DNA of 64,000 nucleotides from Eledone cirrhosa (Eukaryota). Under the pieces are notes generated by a model that was not told the DNA's origin, did not search any database, and saw nothing but the letters and a program-made list of their open reading frames with translations. Position numbers and translations under genes: made by a program. Location: contig OZ024743.1 in NCBI GenBank assembly GCA_964016885.1, positions 240,126,001-240,190,000 of the forward strand. Reading direction: 5' to 3'. Numbering within the stretch: the first letter of the stretch is position 1; each line of letters begins with the position of its first letter. Of this stretch, positions 15,264 to 25,213 are shown piece by piece.

Positions 15264-16814
15264 TAATAAATAAAAATATAGTGCTGAATATAAGCTCTAC
15301 CAAGCTTAGTCACCAGAAGAGTAGAGAAACAGTATAGGATAGCATGAGGGAGATTGGATATGAGAAGGATGGAGAGAATGCGTACTGGGTTTATAACAAA
15401 CCATGATAATACAATAATACAGGCAGATTTTCCCGCAAGAGAATGAGGCATGTGAAAGCATACATAAGCACTTAAAGGTAATTAAGAAAAATAATTTTAA
15501 AATAATAATTAAAAATAATTAAAAATAACTGTAAGTAATTAAAAAAAATTTAAAAATTTAAAAACTTTTAAAATTTTATTAATGGAATTAAAACATTTAA
15601 AAATTACAAAAATATAAGTAAAAATATTTTTAAATATTTTAAAATAATAAAAAAAATGTTTAAACCTAAAAATTAAAAACTAATTTAAAAGATACATAAT
15701 AGTAATTAAACAGATGGGGAAAGGAAAAAGGAAAAAATAAATTGAGGCATGTGAGGAATCAACAAAGGAGGGTATGCAATAGTTACTATAGAAGACAGGT
15801 GATTTAGTTTGCCATGCCTTAGAGTCATAGAATACTATGAGATCCATAACGTATCTTCAGAAGGTCTAAAGGGGATTTTATTCCCCCCCATAATATGCGC
15901 AAACAGGGTATAGCAGTAGGTTCTGGAATTGTGTGGACAAGAGGTGTTAAACTTGCACATGGACAGGCACCACACTGATCTGAGCCAAACACAGATAAAG
16001 CGGGGTTAATACATAAACAAGCTGAGGCAATCAAAACAAACTGAAGAAATCAAAACACAACAAACATGGTTTAGTCGCTGTTTAAGGCAATATGGTGAGA
16101 AGTCATAACACATGTGGATCAACCGTAGATGGTAATCCGGTCGGCGAGAGGTCATAACAAATGAAGATCGTCCGTGAATACTATGGGGGGGGGGGGATAA
16201 CATCTACTTAAACTGCTTAACGGCTTAGTATCTCTGTTTATCCACCTGATTTTATGTTATATGGTATTCAGGTATTGTTGTACCCATAACATTATCGTTT
16301 AAGAGTTCGCTCTGATAAAGGTATATGCAGTGGAACCGGGTCAAAATTATTTCATATCGATCTAAATTCTCGTTGTATATATACATATATATATATATAA
16401 AATAGAATTGGAATCTTTCGCCGTATAATAACAACCAAAAGTAGTCTTACATTAGAGAATACGAACGTCTTTCGGGCCGAATATGGGCATCGTTTTCATT
16501 ATGTGGGTCCATACACCCCAATATTAGATTATTTACTCCAGCAAATGTGCAGTGGAAGGTTCTAATTCTATTTACGAAACATACATACATACATACATGA
16601 TAGCTGCCCCCTCGTTATTGAGTATGGCCATTGCACGATATACCATTATTAATAATTATTAATTAATTCTATTGTGCAATGCCTGTGCGTGAAGATATTT
16701 TTTAAAGTGAGGAAAGACTGTGCACTACATACATACATACATACATACATACATACATACATACATGCATACATACATACATACATACATATATACATAC
16801 ATACATATACGATA

Positions 16815-17182
16815 TCTTTATATATATAAAAGCGAGGATGTGTGTGTCTGTGAACAACTTTGCATACTTAATACTTTTACAATTACCAACTGAATTTGAC
16901 CAAATTTTCTGTGCACGTTGCACAGGTCGCTGAGATTGTCACACCGCAAGAATTTTTCAAATCGACCCAGGTTGAGCAATAAAAAATCAATATCAAAATT
17001 ATCAGTAGCAAAATTGACAATCCTTATTAAAAAAAAGGGAGATAACCAACTGTATTGGCAATCCTTATAAAGAGACTGCTTAATTTGACAGGTTGGGGAC
17101 AAATAATGTTCTTCTTTTACTTCCTAGCTCTATATTCTTAGCATAATTTCAAACCCCGAGCAACGCCGGGTAAATCTGCTAG
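16815..17182 (+). mobile_element. Non-autonomous Helitron (368 bp)
   Basis: A|TCTTTATATATATAAAAG 5' end, 3' hairpin CCCGAGCAACGCCGGG followed by CTAG|T, inserted between A and T with no TSD. Confidence 0.85.
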
Positions 17183-17194
17183 TTATATATATAA

Positions 17195-17309
17195 TGGTCT
17201 GAGTTCAAATTCCACCGGGGTTAACTTTGCCTTCCATCCTTACGGGGTCGATGAAATAAAATACCAGTAATGCACTGGGTAATTGCTGGCCTTGTGCCAA
17301 AAGTGGAAA

Positions 17310-17312
<3 letters not shown>
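17195..17312 (+). mobile_element. SINE of the same family, 5'-truncated
   Basis: GAGTTCAAATTCC B-box, CTTTGCCTTCCATCCTTACGGGGTCGATGAAATAAA, TTGCTGGCCTTGTGCC. Confidence 0.75.
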
Positions 17313-17398
<86 letters not shown>

Positions 17399-17510
17399 AT
17401 ATATACAATATATATTTAATGTACATATAAAATATTTATAATATATATATATATATATACATGTGTGTGTGTGTAATATACATATATAATATATACATAT
17501 ATATATATAT

Positions 17511-17716
17511 AGGATAAAGTATGACCCCGACGGCAGAGCTCAAGCCGTTTCGACGGCTATTTCTGGACTAAACTCTTACTTTAGTACAGAAATAGCCGTC
17601 GAAACGGCTTGAGCTCTGCCGTCGGGGTCATACTTTCTCCTATTACCCACTCTACTACCCTAAGTATTGAGTACTCTGGTGCGTTATGGTTCATCTGGTT
17701 CCTTACCACAACTCCG

Positions 17717-17718
<2 letters not shown>
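17511..17718 (+). mobile_element. Unclassified short (TA)n-embedded element, copy B with 131-bp fold-back
   Basis: 17511-17641 is a near-perfect palindrome with a 7-nt loop, followed by the shared ATTACCCACTCT...CCTTACCACA body. Confidence 0.8.
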
Positions 17719-17774
<56 letters not shown>

Positions 17775-18137
17775 TAAAGTCACAGATATATATGTGGCAA
17801 CCGGTCACGTTGTCGCTCGATGAAGAATTAATAAATTAAATAATCAGAGCAATATATCATAATCATGTTCTTAGAATTATTAGATAAAATATATACCATT
17901 TCCTCTCCCAATTAGCATAATTAACCATATAAAAAATCAATTAGACCAGGCTATAAGAATAAAGGCTCCTATTAATAAATATTTGATAAATAACCGAAAG
18001 CGGCCTCTTCGCGGTGACCCCAATAGGGTATTTATCCAACATTTCAACAGCATCTAGAAACTGACTAAATATACCGTCAACCATACACAATTAGGTGTAA
18101 ATTTAAACTTAGAAGAAACGTGTACATACCGTAATTA

Positions 18138-18219
18138 CATCTCTACCATGGTTTCGTCCGTATTTTTAGATATCCTACTATTAAGGATTAACCTAGAGTA
18201 ACAGACTCATCAGGAGACA
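18138..18219 (-). ncRNA. Type I hammerhead ribozyme with canonical core (different family from the Naiad copies)
   Basis: Minus strand TGTCTC-CTGATGA-GTCTGT...ACGGAC-GAAA-CCATGG-TA-GAGATG: stem I, long stem II, self-complementary stem III (ACCATGGT), GUA triplet. Confidence 0.85.
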
Positions 18220-18237
18220 AACTCAGTCGGACAGTTA

Positions 18238-18351
18238 ATTTTCCAAAGCGATCGCGCCAAAAATAGATTCAAAATTGGCTAAGAATCGTGACGTGGCAGT
18301 GGTCAAGTTAGAAAGAATGTGATTAGTTTTGGCGCGATCGCTTTGGAAAAT
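18238..18351. repeat. 25-bp perfect inverted repeat with 64-bp spacer
   Basis: ATTTTCCAAAGCGATCGCGCCAAAA (18238-18262) / TTTTGGCGCGATCGCTTTGGAAAAT (18327-18351). Confidence 0.85.
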
Positions 18352-18369
18352 ATAATATGATATAATATA

Positions 18370-18548
18370 ATTGTTTCTACTTTAGGCACAAGGCCAGCAA
18401 TTATCCAGTGTATTACTGGTACTTTATGTTAGCTACCCCGTAAAGATGAAAGGCAAAGTCAACCTCGGCGGGATTTGAACTCAGAATGGCAAGGGCCGTA
18501 ACTCTATGCGTCAAAGCATGGTGTCCGACCCTCTAGCGATACTGCCAA
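18370..18548 (-). mobile_element. SINE of the same family, near full length
   Basis: Minus strand TGGCAGTATCGCTAGAG (A-box-like) ... GAGTTCAAATCCCGCCGAGGTTGACTTTGCCTTTCATC ... GCTGGCCTTGTGCC. Confidence 0.75.
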
Positions 18549-18864
18549 ATATAATATAATATAACATAGTACATAATATATATTATATATATTTAATATA
18601 TAATTTTGATAACTTTGATAGCCAGATTTGGCTAACTCAATAGCACGTCTTAGAGAGGTCTTTCAAATCATGATTTGGACACAGCCAACTTAAGTAGAGT
18701 TATTGTTTACGGATATATATATATATGTGTGTGTGTGCGTGTGCGTACGCGCCTATGTGTGTTTATACATATATATATATATATATATGCAAGGTGTCCC
18801 AAAAACCGTATACATATTTCAACAGCATTCTAAAAGATATTGCCGGTACAGGTAATCAAAGTGT

Positions 18865-19555
18865 ATGAAATACCAATGATGGTTGGAAGATCACTGATGA
18901 AGGACTAACTTTATTCATATGTAACCCATTTGCAACCACGCAACACGTTTATTCTCATATTTACATATATTCTTTCCCCCGCTGTGACCCATCTATTTCG
19001 TTCTTACTGCTTCCTCTTTCTCTGTATCTTTACCCTCTCTAACAGTCACTCTCTCTGTTAGCCTCTTCATCACCCTTCACTCACTCACACTCTGTTACTA
19101 CCTCTCCTCCTCCTCCTTCTTCCCGTTTGACCTGTGCGTAATTCTTTTCTTTCGCACCTTTGGTCAGGCAGGTCGCTTTTTTTCTCTCTCTCGTCTACGA
19201 TTTCACAGAACTTACGTTCACCGAATTCACAGACTAGATCCCTTCTTCCTCCCGTTAGACCTGTACGGAATTCCTTCCTTGCTCACATTCCAACCAGGTT
19301 TGATGGTCTTTATTCTCTCTCGTTCACGATTTCACCGAACTTATATTCATGGAAATTTGGGACTTGACTCCTTCTTCCTCACTTTTCGTTGCTTCACCAT
19401 CTTTGTTTGTTTACACTCTCGTGTCCCCTTTATTTACGTGTCCCAACGACTTTTTTAGCCGTTGCTCGCACCAACCGGAGGTATATGGTCTTTAAAGCGA
19501 TGAAATACCAATGATGGTTGGAAGATCACTGATGAAGGACTAACTTTATTCATAT
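18865..19555. mobile_element. ~690-bp unit bounded by identical 56-bp direct repeats (mini-LTR-like)
   Basis: ATGAAATACCAATGATGG...CTTTATTCATAT at 18865-18920 and 19500-19555, with an internal diverged ~130-bp tandem duplication. Confidence 0.55.
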
Positions 19556-19594
19556 ATATATATATATATATATATATACCTGAAAAAGTCGTGC

Positions 19595-19713
19595 TACGTA
19601 TCAAATCGCGCCAAGGTTAACTTTGCCTTTCATCCTTACGGGGTCGATAAAATAAAGTACCAGTAGTGTACTGGGTACTGGCTGGCCTTGTGCCAATAGT
19701 AGAAACAATTATT
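19595..19713 (+). mobile_element. SINE of the same family, 5'-truncated
   Basis: TCAAATCGCGCCAAGGTTAACTTTGCCTTTCATCCTTACGGGGTCGATAAAATAAAGTACCAGT...GCTGGCCTTGTGCC. Confidence 0.75.
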
Positions 19714-20085
19714 ACCTGTCAAAAGTTTCGATCTTTCAAAAACATCGAATATGTCAAATAGTGGTCTTGTCAAAGAAACGATCTAAAAAAACGTTCCAGA
19801 TGAGAACATTTGATGACTTTCAGAAACAAATGTCTTCGTCTATGACAGAATACTTCACTGATATTATTGATGTTGGTGGTGGTGTTATTGTTGTGGTTAT
19901 TGATGTTGTTGATATTCATGGAGGTAAGATAGATGTAATCTTATTATATGACTGTCGATACTCTAGTTACAGTTTAAACAAATTTATCTCTGCAAGTTGA
20001 TACCAATGTATACATGTATCAAACACATACACCCACACACACTAACACATGGCCTATACCAATACTGGCCGAATCTTATCAAACT

Positions 20086-20120
<35 letters not shown>

Positions 20121-20395
20121 GTATATACATATATATATGTGTGTATATATATACATATGTGTATATATGTATATATATATATGTGTATATATATATATAT
20201 ATACATATGTATATATATGTATATATATATATATATATACATATGTATATATATGTATATATATATATATATATACATATGTATATATATATGTATATAT
20301 ATATATATATGTGTGTATATATATATATATACATATATATATGTATATATATGTATATTTATATATATGTATATATATATATATATGTGTGTGTA

Positions 20396-20430
<35 letters not shown>
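20086..20430. repeat. Compound (TA)n/TATG microsatellite
   Basis: Direct reading. Confidence 0.95.
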
Positions 20431-20554
20431 CCCACGAGACCAAAATAACAATATCTCAGTAGGTGCGATGCTACATAAAAACCGTCCATACTTTCTGGCT
20501 TGGTGTGATGTATAGTTATATTTTTCTTTCTGGTATATATATATATATATACAT

Positions 20555-20640
20555 GAGGTTGTGAGTTCGATTCCTCGACTGGGCGATGGAGTATGTTCTT
20601 GAACACGACACTATTTCACGCTGCTCCTTCTACTTCGACT
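20555..20640 (+). mobile_element. Fragment of a second tRNA-derived SINE family
   Basis: B-box GAGTTCGATTCC followed by TGTTCTTGAACACGACACT, which resembles the TGTCCTTGRGCAAGACACT core of widespread SINEs. Confidence 0.45.
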
Positions 20641-20881
20641 TGGGACATATAGATAGTATTAGCAATTGAAAGGACCAACGGAAACATTGTTTCCTCCATC
20701 CGATTTGACGAAAGTCGATCGATTGTCAATATATATATATAGTAAGGGGTTAATAGAACAGGGATGTGCGGATGACACCATGGTATGGTCTGTTGTTTGT
20801 GAAGCAGATAAAAAGAAGCGCTCAACGACCTGTATAAATGGTACAAGACGGAGCACTATACATTAATAAAAGATCGGTGGT

Positions 20882-21241
20882 CATATTCAGTGGCTTCAGG
20901 TATATTTAAATCGCTGTTATACATATTTCACTGAGGACTATCAATTATGATATCCTGAGCTCTTCAGACAGCAAAACCTAAAATAAACATAGAAAGTTCC
21001 TGAGAATCCTTTAAATTTGGAAAAATCTCATAATTTCCCCGAAAAAAGCTTTTCATTTCATGATAAAGGGGCCGGCCGGCCCCTGGGAATTTATTAGATT
21101 TTTTCCAAATTTAAAGGATTCTCAGGCACTTTCTATGTTTGTTTTAGGTCTTGCCGTCTGAAGAGCTCAGGCTATTATAATTGATAATCATTAGTGAAAT
21201 ATGTATAACAGATTTAAATAAACCTGAATCAACTGAATATG
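20882..21241. repeat. ~360-bp imperfect palindrome (MITE-like or transposon-subterminal fold-back)
   Basis: Arms 20882-21040 and 21085-21241 (e.g. CCTGAGCTCTTCAGAC / GTCTGAAGAGCTCAGG). The spacer contains the perfect 18-bp palindrome AGGGGCCGGCCGGCCCCT (21067-21084). Confidence 0.8.
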
Positions 21242-21685
21242 GTGTCCTCCCTTTTATTAATATATATATATATATTAGGTAATTTTCCAAGAGTATGCTG
21301 CTCCCATACCCTAATCCTGTTTCCATTAATAAAACAACGGTGTGTGCAAAGTTTCAGCTCAATCGGACATCTGTTAGGTGACTCTCAAACGCCTTGAAGT
21401 TGGAATATAGTATACTTTTCAAAAGTGTTGCCTATCTCGACTATTTTCTTTTTTCTTGTTAGAGATATTTATGTGGACACATCCAGGCAACCCCAGCAAA
21501 TGTGAAAAAACGTTCTGAATCAAATTTACCAATAGTAATTTTGAGAAATTCTTGATATAATATGAAAAATGTAAAAAATATTAGGTTTTCTTCTATAAGA
21601 GAAACGCATTTTTATTTACAACAATAATTTCTATAGAATCAAAAACATAATGTGAACACTGAACACTGAAAATTGAACATTGTTT

Positions 21686-22056
21686 TTACTTAAGAAAGGA
21701 TTTACTGGCAGTTGGGTATGTTCTACGGTTTTCGGTAACGATCAGTAAAACAAATTGTTTCTCAGTTTCATCTTTTGTGAGAATGTTATTGTAATCCTGA
21801 ATGAGTTTGACACCTCGTTCTGCAGCGACATTCACAACAACTGTCTTCTCGAGTTTTTCAAGTCCACTTTTGTAACCAGGATCATCCTTCCATGTTGAAG
21901 GATCTTTGTCGAGGAAATAGAAAATTTCCTGAAGAAAGATTTTGTACAAAAGACGAAAACTCGATGTTTGTAAAGGAAGAAAAGTCATTTTGGTGCAGAA
22001 TGTATGTCTTCAGTTGATTTTTTTTTCTTCTTCCTCTGTCTGCTTCCGGCATAACT
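21686..22056 (-). pseudogene. C-terminal fragment of a DNA-transposon transposase (hAT/hATm-like), frameshifted
   Basis: FLDKDPSTWKDDPGY...VVVNVAAERGVKLIQDYNNILTKDETEKQFVLLIVTENRR resembles the VVNDxAERGVKL motif of invertebrate hAT-related transposases. Family assignment is from recall only. Confidence 0.6.
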
Positions 22057-22665
22057 CTCCTTTTCTCATTGCTCTCCTTGCTCTCCTTTTCTCATTGTTC
22101 TCCTTGCTCTCCTTTTATCCTTGCTCTCCTTTTATCCTCGATCCTTTTTTCTTATTGCTTTCCTTGCTCTCCTTTTATCCTTGCTCTCCTTTTCTCATTG
22201 CTCTCCTTGCCTCCTTTCGTCATTGCTCTCATTGCTCTCCTTGCTCTCCCTTTCTCATTGTTCTTTTTGCTCTCATTGCTCTCCTTTTATCCTTGCTCTC
22301 CTTTTCTCATTGCTCTCCTTTTATCTTTGCTCTCCTTTTCTCATCGCTCTTCTTACTCTCTTTTTATCCTTGATCTCATTGTTCTCCTTGCTCTCCTTGC
22401 TCTCCTTGCTCTCCTTGCTCTCCTTTCCTCATTGTTCTCCTTGCTCTTCTTTTCTCATTGGTCTCCTTGCTCTCCTTTTATCCTTGCTCTCCTTGCTCTG
22501 CTTTTATCATTGCTCTCCCTGTTCTCCTTGCTCTCCATGCTCTCCTTTTATCCTTACTCTCCTTGCTCTCCTTTTATCATTACTCTCCTTGCTCTCCTTT
22601 TATCATTGCTCTCCCTGTTCTCCTTTTCTTATTGCTCTCCTTTTCTCCTTGCTTTCCTTGCACTC
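22057..22665. repeat. Pyrimidine-rich minisatellite built on TTGCTCTCC; partly mirrored at ~29352-29768
   Basis: Repeated TTGCTCTCC / TTTTATCC / TTTTCTCA modules, flanked by a duplicated transposase segment (~21948-22056 vs ~22695-22787). Confidence 0.9.
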
Positions 22666-22961
22666 TGTGCTGATAGAAAGTACCAGGAGTTAGAAAAGAC
22701 GAAAACTTGATGTTTGTAAAGGTAGAAAAGTCATTTTGGTGCAGAATGATTTTTTCTTCGTCACTTTTGTCTGCTTCCAGCATAACTTGAGCAATATTTG
22801 CCTTAACCTCCCCTTGCTCTCATTTTCACATTGCTCTCCTTGCTCTCCTTACTCTCCCCTTCTCCTTGTATCTATGTACTTGTTTATATACAAATGAGTA
22901 AGGAGAAATATGAAAGCAAGGAGAGTATACATATACATATATATATATATGTATATATGAG

Positions 22962-22995
<34 letters not shown>

Positions 22996-22997
22996 TA

Positions 22998-23049
<52 letters not shown>

Positions 23050-23068
23050 TATATATATGTATATATGA

Positions 23069-23107
<39 letters not shown>

Positions 23108-23242
23108 TATATATATGTATGTATATATATATATATATGTGTGAATGAAGTAATTCCGTCGGAAAAGTCCAGGGAAAAAGAGTGCTCTATGTAAGCAACA
23201 GAGCTTAATTATTATTATGTAATAAACAACATAAGGCAATTA

Positions 23243-23302
23243 TTCCATTTACCAGTGGCTTCTTAAAAGCAAAAGGTTTTGCTTTCAATCCTCAGAACGA
23301 AA
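23243..23302 (-). ncRNA. Minimal type I hammerhead ribozyme motif, mirror copy of 28707-28766
   Basis: Reverse complement of the right-arm motif, on the PLE sense strand downstream of the ORF. Confidence 0.8.
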
Positions 23303-23437
23303 AAATCCTGGTTTGTTTATTGAATTTGGATCTTAAAAACAAAAAAAGGAAGCTATATGAAAGTGAGGCTGGAGAAGGAAGAAGGAAAGGAAAAAATAAA
23401 AACAAAATAAGACTACCCATACAACCACACATACACG

Positions 23438-23496
<59 letters not shown>

Positions 23497-23859
23497 TGTG
23501 TATGCGCGCACGCACGCACGCGTATACAAATATAAATATATTTCCCCCATACACATGTGTGTGCGCGCAGGGTATGTTCTGTTGAAAGTGTCTCGTGAAT
23601 TTATGGCTACAGTTGTATAGATTATACTTAGAAATTGTCCACAGAATTCCCCAAACCTTGGTCAATATACTAGAACCTTTAAGAATTTAGCTTTTAAGGA
23701 ATCTCCCCTTCCTCCAAATCTATCTACCATGACTGACCCCATACTGATCTTACAGACACCTGTAAGCTAAAGAGAAAGCCAATGATAAGGATTGGCTCCA
23801 ATCTGAATACAGAAATCTGTCTGCCTTTGTTCCTCTAAGAACAAACATATACAAACATT

Positions 23860-23921
<62 letters not shown>

Positions 23922-23950
23922 CAACCATATCTACACACACACACGCATAC

Positions 23951-23981
<31 letters not shown>

Positions 23982-24370
23982 TACACACACACACATATAC
24001 ACACACACACAAGCATATATGCACACACATACACATACACAAAAGCACATATACATACGCACGAAATAGTCAACGCATTCACACACTCTCACACATAAAA
24101 AAATTGTTCAAATACAAATACATAACCGCATACATACGCATACATGCATAACAACGCACAAGTGTACAATCTATACACACACATATGTGTATACAACTAT
24201 ATGCACACACACACATATATGCATACACAAGCACACATATAATTACATAAATACAAACGTACACACACACATATATATACACACGTACAGATACACACAC
24301 ATATACATACATAGCTAAACAATTATACACATACAAACACGTATATATCATAAACACGCACAACTGAACA

Positions 24371-24438
<68 letters not shown>

Positions 24439-24501
24439 TATACAATTATCAATATATACACACGCACATATGTACACACACACATATATACACACACACA
24501 T

Positions 24502-24549
<48 letters not shown>

Positions 24550-24728
24550 ATATACATATACATGCATATACACATATACACACATACACAACCACGCCCA
24601 CACACATGCATACGCATACACACACGTATATGCGTGTGTGTATGTAAAACTCAATCTTAGATAAACCATAAGGACCTTACATATACGTATATATAGTAGT
24701 AAAGTATTAAAGCAACATAAGGCAATTA

Positions 24729-24789
24729 TTCCATTTACCAAGGGTTTCTTAAAAGCAAAAAAAATGTTCCTACAATCTTCAGGATGAGA
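24729..24789 (-). ncRNA. Degenerate hammerhead ribozyme motif, mirror copy of 27231-27291
   Basis: Reverse complement of the right-arm motif. Confidence 0.62.
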
Positions 24790-24920
24790 GAAACCTGGTT
24801 TATCCACACATACACATATATACACACACACACAAATACATACATATATAAATACATACACACAGGCACACACACACAACCGTATAAACATATATACATA
24901 CACACATACACACACATATC

Positions 24921-25008
<88 letters not shown>

Positions 25009-25213
25009 TACACACAAATATACACACACATACACATAGGTATGTGGAGGGCAAGGCAAAATGAATATATGTGGGGGCCGCATAGGAGAAGGTAAAATAT
25101 AAGGGGAGGTAAGGGAGAACAAAATATATAATAAATGTAGGTATACAAGAGTACAGAACGTAGAAACAGTAAAATAAAAACCGTAGCAGAAGTAAAGAGC
25201 GGGAGAAGGAGTT

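Noticed and set aside
18790-18830. CAAGGTGTCCCAAAA resembling a Tc1/mariner TIR
   Set aside because: No partner TIR or transposase was found in the window.
18893-18900. CTGATGA in the 56-bp direct repeat as a hammerhead core
   Set aside because: No correctly placed GAAA or stems could be built in any permutation.
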